Part shown: positions 1 through 13,744 of the stretch, piece after piece
Layout: every line of letters starts with the position of its first letter
How positions within the stretch are numbered: position 1 is the first letter of the stretch
NCBI GenBank assembly: GCA_035084275.1
Contig: CM068742.1
Location: 682,001 to 746,000 of the forward strand
DNA from: Hydrolagus colliei
Lineage: Eukaryota
DNA: 64,000 nucleotides
Direction: 5' to 3'
The notes under the pieces: model-generated
What the model was told of the DNA's origin: nothing
What the model saw: only the letters and a program-made list of their open reading frames with translations
Databases searched by the model: none
Translations under genes and position numbers: made by a program

Positions 1-296
1 TTCATCACCATCCTCCATCTCCAGAAAATAATACTGATAACCCCCATGTTTATAAAGTAGGCAATTTCCCCGGAAAAGGCTAGGGAATTGTGTATGTGAC
101 TGACATAGCTAAAGGGTGACTCTTAAAATATAAATAATGTTCCTATCTGTTATACCTCCCCAACTTGCAACTGCTTATACTCAGACCTACTTTATGTTTC
201 CACAAAGACAAGGTCAGCTGTTAAAAACAGTGTTCTATTCCAATATATTACAGGTTTCTAACTTTGGATAATCATCAGTGAGTGGTCTTTTGAATC

Positions 297-454
297 TTAA
301 GTATATTTCTTGATTTCATCATATAATACAAGTACAAATGCACCGCCCATTCCTCTCAACACATTGGACCAGGCACCTTTGAAGAAAGCTTTAGATCCTT
401 CATCCTTCATCATCTTCTTCCAGCAGTCAATTGTGCCCTTGTACATAATGTCAG
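297..454 (-). CDS. SLC25A4: ADP/ATP translocase coding exon 4 (terminal)
   Basis: Acceptor TTGCAG|CT; [52 protein letters not shown]; stop TAA at 299-297. Confidence 0.95.
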
Positions 455-2099
455 CTGCAACAAGACATAGAATGCATTATTCACTCAGACTACACGTCTA
501 GTTACTGGCTGTAAAATAACATAATTTTCCCTCTTGTAGAATGACAGTATCTAGATTCGCCACCAATCAATCAATCCCAAGGTTAAAGAATGAAAACTGC
601 TTTGATCTAATTGAGGGAAACAAAGATTAAAAGAAACTTCAATAGTTCAGAACCACTAATTGCATTACAGCCTTGTAATCACTGTCTTTATTATCCACGC
701 AATCATTATATATTGTGGTCAAATCAGTTTATCGTGATGATAACACATAATAATTAGGAGATAACTGCCAATGTCTGTTTTCTCTTCATTATCTTCTCAC
801 ATCACATCCCACAACCACCTGCCTGAGAGGGGAACCCAAGCGGGTGGCCTCATAGCCTGCTCTCAGGTCTCTTCCAATCTGTTGCCCATCACTAAGAGAT
901 GCACAACACATCCAAAGTGGTTTTCCCCTTCTTTCCAACTACAACATTACCACCCATTTTTTATTGACGCGTGACTAACTGCAACATACTTGCTATATAT
1001 TAATCTGCAAAGAATCTGCGGTTACACATCAGAAAATGTACACGATTTTCAGTGATGGGTTAGAAAAATATTAATTTGAGGACTGAATACATAAGTATTA
1101 TTATTTAATGTCTACTGGAATAAAAAGGTTTTCACTTTCGTAACCAATTTATACCCTTTTTTTTATTGTATAGGATCATGAAGAGATAGCTGGTGTTCAG
1201 GTTCATGATTGCAAGTTTGTATATGCAGGCCTGGAGAATTCACCCTTGAGTATTGAGCAGAGAGTATTATGTGATACTGTGTCCAGGCTGTGTACAGGAA
1301 GATGGTGGTTAGTGCACCCATTTCGCACTGAACTAAAATGTTCATCATAAGGTCACAGGAAGTTCCTGGTATATGGTCTCCATCTAGTGAAAGCTCAAAC
1401 CTTTGCTTGTCGAGAGTCAACCGACCCACTAGCTGGGAAGAATCACTCCAGGGTGAGAGTGCTAAATACCATAATTTCCATGTGTTGGTTTCAACGCATC
1501 AAACTCTCAATCTGGTTTGGATACTCTTAAGGCTGGTAATGATGGCTGACCCCAAATAAAATTATTTATGCTTTTTCACTCTCCAATATTAAACAGATAG
1601 GAATCCCCCTTCTTTTTTCTCCTCAAGTTCTTTTAAGTGAAATAGCTATGACTTATGATAGTCACAAGACATGGCGACACAACACATTGTGTCAGTGCCC
1701 CAAAACACAATGACACTGAAAGGGAGATGCTTGAAAAAGATGAAAGACAATGAGTACCAAACAAGAGATCAGAATTCGATTTTCTAGCTCATGTGGAGAT
1801 AAACATCATCAAAGGCTTGGTGGACTAATGGACTATTTTGTGCTATAATTACTCTGTCTCCATGGGTTTCCCCCCATGATTCGCATGAAGCGATTTCCAT
1901 GAATCCAAAAGGCAAGACAAAGGAGAAGTTACAACATTGAGAGGTCAGGTATATCCCCATACAGGCATAACAAGGAAATTTAAAGGTCATCTAATGGAGA
2001 TCCAGTGGACAGAGCTGCAGCTTCTAAACTGTGGGCTTGCTATACGAATCCTGGCCCTCGTTGGATCCTGTTTCCTTTTCAGTACTCTTCATTGGTTAG

Positions 2100-2485
2100 A
2101 TGTGTGTATGGCACCTAGGCAGGAACGTCGCGAGGGTATTTGGCGCCCTAGGTGAGCCTTCAGATGTGAGCCCCCTATTAACTTTTGATACACTAATGTT
2201 AATACTAAAAATTCATATCATTAATTATCAATGAAGGTAATGACATTGATGTATGAAACATGCTTCTGTTTTATTTAAGTACATATTAAGCCTTCTCCGG
2301 TCAACTGACTGCTAACTCCCATGCCTCCGCCAGTAGACGACATCAGTAATTTTTGCCGTGCGCAGCAAACCGGACATGCTCTGTAACCAGGGCCAGCACC
2401 CCCCCCCCCCCCCCCCCCCCCCCCCCCACCCACCCACCCATATTTTGGCGCCCTACGTGACTGTCTAAAGATAGCGCTGGCACTG
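2100..2485. mobile_element. Possible hAT-like non-autonomous element remnant in ANT intron 3
   Basis: Repeated TTTGGCGCCCTA subterminal motifs (about 2140 and 2445) and a terminus TAGCGCTGGCACTG; left end not resolved. Confidence 0.35.
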
Positions 2486-2776
2486 TACCCAGGTGGGGAG
2501 AGGTTCAGGCTGGTCAGTGATGGGCGGAATGGTTTGCCAACACTTGCTGCCAAACTTAGCTCACACATGGACAATGACTACTTAGGCAGGGTAATAGAGG
2601 GCAATCATAGCCCATAGAATTTCACCCCAAAAAGGGGTGGCTGGGGGACTATGCTAGTGGTCGGGGAATAGAGGAAAAATGAGACAAACTACATTTAAAA
2701 ATATATATTTTACATTAAACCTTAAACTTATTACTTATTAAAAGGACAGTACAGCAACCACAACACTCGATCCTTA

Positions 2777-3004
<228 letters not shown>

Positions 3005-3034
3005 TCACACTGTTAAAGCTGACAGAAATAGCTG

Positions 3035-3215
3035 TTTGTAAATTGATCATTTTGATCCACGACTGTTTGTGGGGGACGCTGCTTTGCACAATTGGCTGCC
3101 GCATTGCACCCAAAAATATACAGTCAATTAACTTTACAGTGTATTTTGTGAAGCGCTTTGAGAGTCTAGAAGACGTGAAAAACGCTATATAAAATGCAAA
3201 GATTATTATTATTAT
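3035..3215 (+). mobile_element. SINE, 5'-truncated
   Basis: ATTGGCTGCCGC...TGTGAAGCGCTTTGAG...AAATGCAAAGATTATTATT tail. Confidence 0.8.
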
Positions 3216-4546
3216 ACTAATTCGTCTAAATTAAGTGTATCATTATTATCCATGGTTTTGATATCAAAGAAATGCCCACAAAATGACCGTAAAAACTCTT
3301 CCCCCTCCCACCATTCTTTTTTAGAACAAAACCTAATGGCCCATGAAGCAAAACTATGAATTTATCTATTAGCTTCCCCCGCGATAAATGTTATAAATAA
3401 TGTGTAATTGGCCGTGTTGAAGTAAGAAATGGATTTGGTGACGGACGGACACGGACAGGTGAAGGGAAAAGGCCGTTTGGATTCAGTTTCCTCCTGCCTC
3501 TCCCTCACTCGCTGAACCTTTGCCCAGCTCGGCTCTGTGAACTGCAGAACATTTGTGAAACCGACACCCTGACCTCAGACACTCGTTTCTCTTCAGTTGC
3601 ACGGCTGTGCTACTTATATCAGTCAGATGACTACTCACTCACCCCAGTATCTTTTTCTCCCCCCCCTCTGAACAGTGCAGCGGCTTTGCTCGAAAGCACA
3701 GCATAAATTTGTCATGGATCAAAACATTTGGAATTCGTAAAGTTTCCAACACCTGTCGCTGACTGCTGAGTTTCCAATGACCTCCTGTTCCGTCCAGGCA
3801 GACATCTAACTCGCTCGTTTACACACACGGATTGTTCTTGCCGCTGAGGGCTGACAATAAAACGGATGCTATGTCGAGATTTTCTTGTTATGAAGGCAAA
3901 CGTTGCTGCATTTTGCGGCCAATGGAATTCCACACCTAATAAAGTGTGGCTCGTTGTGTTTCTTGTGACGTGGATGAGTATCTTCAGATGCTAATCGTTG
4001 ACAACAAACATCTAAACACACTAGTGCAGGTTGGCAAAGTGGTGATTGACTGTGTTGAACTAGGTCAATACGAGACGCAAATTTAATGTCTTGAAAATAT
4101 AGGAAAGCAATGCAGTCATATTTACATGTTCCATTGTCAAAGACCCAAGGCAGAGTTTAACTGCAATCGATGATTGCTGCTAATGTTTTCTCAGATATTT
4201 AACGAATCACATAAAATATATATTTGGGGGGCAATTGGCCTAATTCTCACACTCTCATTAATCATTTGCTTTCGGGAAACCCTCGAGATTTGATGAACAA
4301 AATGCCGATCCTAAGATTAAACTATACAGAAGCTTAAAAAAAAGCCAATCTTTGAGTCAAAAGACGTAGGGAAGCGTAACCAAGAAGAAAATATTCCATT
4401 CTCATTTTGAACGAGATCACACGATCCCTTCAAGGAATCCTTTGCAACTTTTCAAACACATTTTCTTGGTGAAGATCATGGTTTTTACACAGATATTAAG
4501 ACGGCAGTGAACCTCCCCTCAGTGTTGCCAGTGGTGGCCCACCTAC

Positions 4547-5033
4547 CTTTGGCAGTATCGTACACTCCAAAATAAGCTGCACGGTAGATGATGATTCCCT
4601 GGACAGAGACACTGAAGCCCTGGTACAGCCCTTTGAGGCCATCCGATTTGAAGATCTTGGTGAGACATTGGGCCAGACCGGTGAACTCTCGCTCGCTGGT
4701 GCCTTTGCCTATGTCAGCTGCCAACCGGGTCCTGGCGAAGTCCAGCGGGTACACAAAGCACAGGGAGGTGGCACCTGCTGCTCCCCCCGATGCCAGGTTA
4801 CCAGCGAAGTAACGCCAGAACTGCTTTTTCTGATCGACTCCCCCGAGGAAAATTGTCTTGTACTTGTCCTTGAAGGCGAAGTTGAGAGCCTGGGTGGGGA
4901 AGTACCTGATCACGTTGGCCAGGTTCCCACGCCAAAAGGAGATGAACCCCTGCTCTTTGGGAATCCGGACCACGCAGTCAATGATCCCCTTGTACTGCAT
5001 TTCCGCTGTGATCTGCTTGCTGGCATGCTGGAC
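4547..5033 (-). CDS. SLC25A4: ADP/ATP translocase coding exon 2
   Basis: Acceptor CAG|GTC; VQHASKQI...YFGVYDTAK; donor G|GTAGGT; 487 nt. Confidence 0.96.
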
Positions 5034-5264
5034 CTGACGGGGATAACAAAGGCCAAGAAACACTCAATACCATCATCATCTTACCCTGCAATAAGAATAA
5101 TAATATGCCTTTCATTTGATAGAGCACCTTATCACATTGTTGAGATGTCTCAAAGCGCTTCACAGAATATGCCGTAAAGCAAATTGACTGCGTAATTTGT
5201 GGGTTACCTTAGGTTCAGTCAAAAGTCACTTCCCCTTTTCCTGCATCGCCGTAATCATAATATT

Positions 5265-5710
5265 AATACTAATAAAAAAAGTTGCATTTAGTGTAAAAAG
5301 CCTTTCAAATCAGGAGGACATCCCAAAGACCTTCACAGAATTTGCGGTCAAATGTTAGTGACTTTGCAAGCCACACACACCTGTGGCCGGTTCTGCAGAG
5401 CAATGCTTCACAACCGGCCCTGAAATGGATGACCAATATTATCTGGGGGAAGGGGTGCTCAGAACACCAGAAGAAGTCCCTTCTCTATTCCAATAGTCCA
5501 CAGCGGGTTCTTTGACATCTGCCTGAATAGGCAAAGGCGAACCTGGTTTAACTTCCATCTTATCCCAAAGAAGGCACCTCCTTAATACAGAGCCTCCCTA
5601 CCACCATACTTCGTTGGAGTGTCAGCCTAGATCATGCGAGTTCATGATCCCACACGTAACCTTCTGACTTAAGAGGCAAGAGTGCTACCATCTGACCCAG
5701 GTTTGGCACT
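5265..5710 (-). mobile_element. Old full-length DeuSINE-type (SacSINE1/AmnSINE1-like) SINE
   Basis: tRNA-like head (CCTTCTGACTTAAGAGGCAAGAGTGCTACC on +), Deu-like core (AAAGAAGGCACCTCC...GGAGTGTCAGCCTAGAT) and L2-like tail (GGACATCCCAAAG...TTCACAG). Confidence 0.6.
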
Positions 5711-5764
5711 TTCAAGATTCAGAAATGTACAAGTGTCTCAATCTATGTAGCTGGATATAGTAAT

Positions 5765-5950
5765 GACGATACTTGCATTTCGATATAGCGGCTTTTCACA
5801 TCTTATCGACGTCTCAAAGCTCTTCACAGAATAGACTGTAAAGTGAATCGACCGTATATTTGTGGGCGAAACGCGGCAGCCGATTGTACACAGCAGCGTC
5901 TCCCCCACAAACAGTCGTGGATTGAAAATGACCAATTTTATTATTTATTA
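5765..5950 (-). mobile_element. SINE, 5'-truncated
   Basis: Reverse complement of the family 3' half. Confidence 0.8.
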
Positions 5951-7559
5951 TTGGATCCCACCAACATAGAACATATTTATTATTCCTTGACTTCCTGCAA
6001 AAAACCTTGATACTGTTCCTTCTATTAAATATTTGGATATAGTGTAGATAATTTGGCAATGTAGCCAAAGGATCTACTTAAAGCTAATTTAAATTGCACA
6101 TTCAAGCAAATTGAGTCTGAGTCTGTGCCAATTGAATTCTTCCTCCTTATCGTTTAGCCCCAAAGGTTACTTTTTAATTGAAAAGTGATGATGAGAAGTG
6201 ATGGGAGCGGGGAAACAGCGGGGGATATATTTGGAAAAATTTATAAAATGTCAAGTTTGATGTACAGGTGCTGTGCTGAACCCAAACCTGGACATCCACA
6301 ATTACGTTTTGCCCACACATTCTACAGTCAGTTCAATTTACAGTACATTCTGTGAAGATCTTTGAGACGGCTTGAACACATGATAAGACACTATAACAAA
6401 TGCGAGGATTATTACGATTGCTGCACATGCAAAATGACCCAGCTGTCTGTCCTGATACAAATAAGGTTAGGTGGGTGAAAAAAACTCTGCCAAGGATCAG
6501 CCCCATTGTGATTCGACCCCGATAGTGAAATACAAATACAATCCAGTCCAAAGATAAAATGAATCAATGCACCAGGCTGATGCGCACAGAACATTTCCTC
6601 GCCTGTAAAATGAGGGATTGACTTTAAACAGACAGTGGCACAGTAAGGAACTTGAATCCCAAATGTGAAAAGTTGGCAAAGCGACTGGATTCAAAAACAG
6701 ATTTGTATATCTCAACGTTACGCCCACAAAATACACAGTCAATGTACTTTACAATACATTCTGTGACGTACTTTGAGCTGCCTCGACAACATGATAAGAC
6801 ACTATTATCAAATGCAAGGATTCTTCTTGTTTTTATTGTTTGGAAAACTCGTACATTTCTAGCCAGGGTACATTCTAGTCCAGGATCGTGGGAATCATTT
6901 GGTATAAATTAAATACACATATCTGTGACGGACGGACCAGTCCGTTGGCACATTTAAAAAAATAAAAAAATTTCAGATGAAAAGAAAGCTTCAAAACATT
7001 GTACACGGACAAATATACACACAAGCTCTCGTTCAACAGCCTCTCGCAAAATTCCTTTTAAGGCACTTAAACCCAAAGGGGAATCTCACTGCTCACTGGT
7101 GGGGCAGTGATTGGAAATGTGCAAAGGTTTTGTTCACTTTCTGCTACAGTTACTATTCAAACCACAAATCTGTGCCAATGTTGATCATAACGCAATCTGA
7201 AGGCACCAAATACAGGACCAGTTACTAAGTGATCCAGACAACCTTTGAATGGCCTGAATAAATGAAATGAAATTCTATCACATATTTTTACAAAGAAAAA
7301 CACTGTTGAGTTATTTGCAGAAACTGCACTGTAGCTGTGGGGAGTGGGGGGGGGGGGGGGGGGGGGGGGGTAACAATTTGATTATAAGGACACATGTATT
7401 GATTCTTTACATCAGAACACAAGGAAGGTACCCAGTTAATCAATGGTGGGGGGAAACAAAAGGACAACTGATTTCTTTCTGATAAGTCTTTGGGACTTGA
7501 GATCTTTCGATTCCACTTTGCAAAAGAGCATTTGACAACCCTTGGTTCATTTCAACCCC

Positions 7560-7830
7560 ACTCACTCACTCCCTCCCTCACCCCCCCCACCCCCCACACC
7601 TCCCCACTCACCCCCCCCCCCCCCACACCTCCCCACTCCACACCCCCCCCACACCTCCCCACTCCACACCCCCCCCACACCTCCCCACTCCACCCCCCCA
7701 CCCCACTCCACCCCCCCCCCCACACCTCCCCACTCCACCCCCCCCACCCACTCCCCCCCCCCCCCCCCCACACCTCCCCCCCCACTCCCCCCCACACCTC
7801 CCCACTCCCCCCCCCCCCCCCACTCCCCTG
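7560..7830. repeat. C-rich (G-rich on the coding strand) tandem repeat at the start of ANT intron 1
   Basis: Repeated (C)nACACCTCCCCACTCCA units. Confidence 0.9.
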
Positions 7831-7838
7831 GGCTGTAC

Positions 7839-7949
7839 CTGGAGGAGGAGTTTGACCCTCTCGATGGGAGCCACTGCAGTCTTGGAGATAGCAGCAGCCA
7901 CCCCACCTGCCAGAAAGTCCTTGAGGAAGCTGATGGCGTAGTCAGACAT
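7839..7949 (-). CDS. SLC25A4: ADP/ATP translocase coding exon 1
   Basis: ATG at 7949; [37 protein letters not shown]; donor CAG|GTACAG, phase 0. Confidence 0.95.
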
Positions 7950-9069
7950 CTGGGCTGTGGACAGTGAGTCAGTCACTCACTCACTCTCTCTATCTCTGGC
8001 AGTGAAGCACAGGAGAAGAAACACACAGTCCCAAGGCTACACCAGCCAGTCAGCCAACCAGCCAGTCACAGTCCACACACACAACACTACTCTACAGTTT
8101 CAAATGGGTGACTGGCTGCCCACCCCACCTCCCTCCACACCTAATATAAGGGTCTGTGTATCGCGAGAGGGAAGGGTGTGTGTGTGGGGGGGGGGGGGGG
8201 GGGGGGGTAGAGGCACTGGCTAACATTGCTGGGACAGGGTCACATTGGTGCCAGTCAGTGGTGTGTGTGTCCTGTGTCAAAGTGCAGCCTCTCTTGCCAA
8301 AGGAAAAGTGGTTGAGTACACATTGGGGGACATTCAAAGGACAAGTTCACCCAGAGTCATGTGTGGAAACGATTGCCATGTCCTGCCTGACTCTGACTCG
8401 ATCAGTTAAAATGTTTCATCCTGTCCCAATGTGTGTGTGTGTGTGTTTTGTTTTTGGGGGGTGGGGGCTGAACCAACAAGTCCATTCATTTGGAAACATT
8501 GCAAATTGAGTTTGCTCTTCTTCACTCCGACGTTAACACATTGAATTTCTAATTTAAAGCCTTTTTTATATAAATCAACGAACAAAAAAAGGCCGGAGGG
8601 GTGAATCGCGTTCAGATTAAGATGCAGGTCGACTTGTGAGTTGGTTGCGGTTGAATAAATGTTTGCGTTGGGTGGAGATTTACCCTTCGACGTGAAGTGG
8701 CAAAGCCAAGGTCACTTTATTCGAGGAGCCGTTGGTGGGACAATATCAGGGCTGCGATGGGGTGGGGGGAGGGGGGGGAGTTAAGTGTTGAGATGGCCAA
8801 TCACGAGGTTCAGCGATTTAGATTCCTGTCCTTTTAATGCATATTATATTTCACTTGATCTTAACGTTAGAGTGCATTCAGACGTTCGAGAGGAGAGAGG
8901 TTTGGTGGCGATGGATTGCGAAATTGTTACAAGGAGTGACAGCAAAACATGGGAATTGGCAGGGACTTTGTGAAAAAGAGACACTGAGAAAATCGTTCAA
9001 GAAAAGGCATTTTTGTGGGGGGGGGGCAAACTGATCAGTCGGTAGCCCTATTCTTTGAAGTTCTCACTT

Positions 9070-9400
9070 CACTTGTCTTGCAAGCTGGGGAGACCTGTGT
9101 TCGGATTCAAGGCAGGTCAGGGCGAAACCTTGGGCAAGTTTCCTTTACTCCACATGCCTAATAATAATACGCCCCCAAAAAACACAAAAATAAAAAAAAT
9201 TGGTCATTTCAATCCACGACTGTGTGTGTGTGTGTGTGTGGGGGGGGGGGGGGGAACGACGACGCTGCTGTGCGCAATTGGCCGCCGCGTTTCGCCCACA
9301 AATATATATACAGTCAATTGACTTTACAGTATATTCTGTGAAGCGCTTTGGGACGTTGATAAGATGTGAAAAGCGCTATATCAAATGCAAGGGTTATTAT
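9070..9400 (+). mobile_element. tRNA-derived SINE
   Basis: Family body with an internal (TG)n/(G)n expansion and an L2-like tail. Confidence 0.85.
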
Positions 9401-10119
9401 ATGGAAAGAATTTGCACCTCCATGAGTTGTTTGAGAGGTGATTTCACCACTCACTCTGACTTTATTTTGACTTTGCCCTTGTCCTACAAAATGTTGGTCG
9501 TGACCTGGAACGTGTCCAGTTTGTAGTCCAGCCTCTGTTCTGAAGCCTATGGGAGCTGGTAGGTGTTATTAAGGGCGTGGGTGGGGGAGGGGGTCAGACA
9601 GACCTTATGTGGATGGGTGGGGAGGGGGTGGTGTGTGGCGTGAACCAAACACAGATGATTGAAAGGGAGGGATGGGCGTTCACTCCAGCAGCAAATTGGA
9701 AAGTGATGATGTGCTCAGGAGATGTTCAGTGAAATTGCAAAGAGCAGAATTGCGTTGAAGTACAATCTACAATCAATAGTTAGCCATAAATAGCACAAAG
9801 CCAACATTGCAAATACTCCCCCAGTTGACTGTAACCACTGTTTGCACTGCACAGTACAGCCATACTAGGGAATGCAAACAGTAAGACTCATCAGCTAATT
9901 GATAGGACTTGGCAGGGCAGACCAGTCACTGAAGGCGGGGGAGTCATCCCACTTCACTCCTCTTCACCCTGCAAATGAGATCCCGGGTGGTCCTGGCTGG
10001 ACAAGCAGTAGGAAAGTTCGCCAAGCAATCAATGGCCAGCTGTAGAGTTTGAGCTGGTTCGACTCCAGCAGTACCTCAACACACACGCTTTGGTCTTGCC
10101 AACCTGAGTGGGGCTAATA

Positions 10120-10324
10120 CAAATAGACTTCGCTTAACATCGTATCTATCATGCAGACGCATGAGAAACATATACATTTATTTATGTTGTTCGCACGGGT
10201 GGAAATGAACTACTTTGGGTAGCGTAGGCGTACATAGGCGCTGAACGTCCAGTATTCTTGAGCGGGTTCGCTTAAAGTCGCACCTTTCACGAACTCAACT
10301 GCGACGTTAAGCGAGGACTAAATG
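10120..10324. mobile_element. Tigger-type MITE (about 205 bp)
   Basis: TIRs CAAATAGACTTCGCTTAACATCG and (reverse complement) CATTTAGTCCTCGCTTAACGTCG, flanked by TA on both sides. Confidence 0.75.
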
Positions 10325-11364
10325 TACTTTCCGGAAATGGGTCAGCGGGATGCGTTCCTCCACGGAAAGGGTGTGCCTTCCATTCCAACCGTCTGTTTCT
10401 GGGATTTCCATGGGCCGGTGGGGTGCACGGAAACCTCAGCTTGGCTTGGATACGTTTAAGCAGAGCGCGTGTGTCAGACACCCCAAAAAACAATTAGTGT
10501 TTATACAATCAAGTACAGTACCGTACTTCCAAATACAATTATCATCAGTCGTCCGCATGTTTCAGTTGTTGGTCAGTGCACTCCAGAAAAAAAATGTGGA
10601 CCTGTAGATTTGAGAAACCCAATCTGTGGGTTACAAAATAAGAGTTGCATGTTTTAAGATTTAAAAAGCAGCCGTTACCATTGGAGGGAAATGACCAACC
10701 AGTAATCACTAGTACCACCTCTAAGTGATCTCAAAGATAATGCAGTGTGTGTAACATTTAGCTTCACATGAAGTTACAACTCTCTTTGAAATAACCTTGT
10801 GTGTCCTCCACCCAAACTAACATGTTGCTGCCCTCTAAAGGATGTATGAATACCAGACATAATTTGACATGGTGAGTGATGTCAACTGAACCCATTGATC
10901 TCTTTCACAGAACCATAGCTATTTACAGCACGAAAGGCTATTCAGCCCATGATGTCGTGCTGACTCTTTTGAAGATCTTATCTCTTTCAGTCCTGATTAC
11001 AAAGGCACTACAATCAAATACAAGGATCATTATTATTTTCTCACCAGAATCTCCTGGCCTCCTATTCCCTAGTTGACCGGTTTCAAGACTCCTGTTCTAA
11101 ATTTAAATGCATCCAAGTCATTGTTGCCACCTTACCTCTAGGAGTCTCCTACAGACCCACTCAATTCTAGCAGGTAGAATTACACATCATATGTACACCT
11201 GGGTCCAATTTTTAAGTGTTAGTGTGACTTCAATAATTCTATAAAACTCCTCTAATCAGACCAATTGAGATGTCAAAATGAAAAATATGACTGCGTGGCC
11301 TTGAAGAGCTTACATTCGTGTTGTGAGTTACAATAATATTGTACCTCCAATAAGTCGATTGCGT

Positions 11365-11680
11365 GGAGCACTCGGGACCTGGGTTCGATTCCCGGCAGAG
11401 CAAAACTTTGGGCAGGTTTCCTTAAACCACACACCTCTGTTCAGCCCCAGGTGTAAGTAGGAACCCGGTTGTTAGTTCATTGGTGGATTGCCTTTTCAGA
11501 GATAATAGTCCCTTAAAAAATTGGTCACTTCAACTCACAACTGTTTATGGGACATGGCTGTGCACAATTGGCTGCCACATTTCACCCACAAAAATATAAA
11601 CCAATTAACTTTACAATGTATATTCTGTGAAGCGCGTTGAGACGTCTCAAAGACGTTTATCAAATGCAAGGATTATTATT
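11365..11680 (+). mobile_element. tRNA-derived SINE, older long-centre subfamily
   Basis: B box GGTTCGATTCC; extra central segment GTAAGTAGGAACCCGGTTGTTAG; family tail. Confidence 0.75.
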
Positions 11681-13155
11681 GTATTGTAGGACATGTAGAC
11701 TTAAGGTTATCTGATCTACATTCATGCTCATCATCACACGCTGCTGACAATGGCAAGTTATGAAGATTACAGAAATTAAGACTTTCTAAAGCTCAGTACA
11801 AATGTTCTTTGTAGTTTTGACAAAATACCCGAGTCACTCAGAAAATTCAACGAATGAGAACGGGTAGTAGACACTGGAGCCCACATTTTTGCGGCCTTCC
11901 CTCTTGGCTAGTTCTATCATATTCTTGGATTACATGCGTTTCATCTTCTTACTTCCCTAGCGTTTATCTGCATTAAACTTCATTTGCCAGTTACCAGCCC
12001 ATGTACGGTAATTCTAGTGCCACCAGCTTTTACAATGAGGTTACAACTTCAAGTTTCAGTGTCCACACACACACACACACTTCATGCTTCATTACATATA
12101 AGATGTTCTAGGTAACTTTAAATAGACCATTTAGGAACTGCAATTTGTACAGCAATACAACTCGGCAGGAGAATTCAGTCAACTGTTATTTAGTTTAAAC
12201 AGATAGCCATTCACCATTTAATCAAGTGCCATCGATTTAGCATTTCACTTGGGTTACTATAGATACCGGGCATTAAGTTCTGAAGTGTTTGTTCATCCTT
12301 TCAGTGCCAATGTGTTCTAAAGTTTACAGAACAAGCTCAATGATCGAAGAAACAAGTAATAAAACTAATGGGGCCACTTTGAAATACTTCTGAAAATAAA
12401 TCTTTAATTCATGATCTGTATTTATCTATATCTTCCATTCAGTATTCTGTGTTACTTTTTGAATTATTTTTTATCTCCAAATGTACCAATGCAATAGTTT
12501 CAGGATCAGGTTTTAACATCTACAAACATCTGTATGTCCTCACACTTTAATAAAATTATGTGTTTATGCTTTAGGCAGGGGTGTAAAATGGGGCATTGTA
12601 GCACAAAGTAACCATGGTTTCTGCTCTCACAGAGCGGAGGCGATAGAACAGCAGCAATGCTGCGGAAAACTGCGAGTTCTGTGCAAGGGCCATAAAACAC
12701 CCAATTCTTAAAGGTAAGAAACAGCTCAATTAATTAAAACAGCATCAATGTTTCCGTACACATCTACTTGAATGCAAAATGAAGGCTTATTCACATGATC
12801 TGGTATACAGAAGACAAATACAATATATTTTGTTGTCTTTTCCTGTCCAAATGATGTTTCAGAGCATCAAAGGTTAATTTTTTTTAGTATTTTAGTATCT
12901 ACAAGAAAACAAGACAGCTGTAAATGAATTGTAGCACAACCGCCCTGTTGAAAAGTTCAAGAAGTACGAAATTTATGGAGCTTTGTGTGTTATCTTAGCT
13001 GCAAGATTAGATTTTTGTTTCTTTTTGATTTTCTCATCCAGTTTTCTCTCCTGTCCCTTAGATGTTGATTCTGTTGGGCTGCACATCCAGGGGCAATTGG
13101 CACTCTCTAACACAGTGGTGGCCAATATTTTTGGTCAGACAACAAAATACATTCT

Positions 13156-13420
13156 CTTAGAATCATAGAATTTTACGGCACAAAAGGAGGCCATTCGGCC
13201 CATCTAGTCTGTGCCGGCTCTTTGTAAAAACCAACTCAATCCCACTGCCCTGCCCGCTCCCCATAGCCTAATAGACCTGTTCTCCCTAAATAAAAGCTGT
13301 TATCGAATCGGCCTCCACCACCTTTTCAGGCAATGCATTCCAGATTCCAACAACCCGCTGAGTGAAAACATTTCTCCTCAGTTCCCCTCTGTTTCATTTT
13401 GAAACTATTTTAAATCTGTG
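13156..13420 (-). mobile_element. CR1-type LINE 3' end fragment
   Basis: TTAGAATCATAGAA terminal repeat followed by GGAGGCCATTCGGCCCATC...CAATGCATTCCAGAT, typical of a reverse-complemented CR1 3' end. Confidence 0.65.
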
Positions 13421-13644
13421 ACCACAAGTGTGTGTGTGTGTGAAAGAGAGAGGGAGGGAAGGAGGGAGAGAAAGAAAAAAAGAAAAAAATGAGGAAAAAA
13501 CGACAGTACTGCTTTTGTAAAGATTTGCTTTGTGATTGTGTGCTGCGTTTTTAGACTGTAATCATTATTGATTGCTTTATTGGTAAGTATCCATACAATA
13601 TTCTGCTATTATTTAGTCTATTATTAATATGGTATGTTTAAAAA

Positions 13645-13744
13645 ATATATATTTTTTGTGTTGGGTTTTCTTCCGAATATCCGGCACGCCATTTAACTGG
13701 CACTGGCCAGGTCCCGGGGGTGCCGGATAAACAGGCTTTTACTG
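13645..13744. mobile_element. Partial second copy of the same MITE
   Basis: CCGAATATCCGGCAC...GTGCCGGATAAACAGGCTTTTACTG|TA matches 18905-18974. Confidence 0.7.

Noticed and set aside
4588-5177. Antisense ORFs over ANT exon 2
   Set aside because: Shadow ORFs of a GC-rich coding exon with no recognisable protein features.
7490-7967. Pro-rich and Gly-rich ORFs
   Set aside because: Low-complexity intron repeat; only 7839-7949 on the minus strand is coding.
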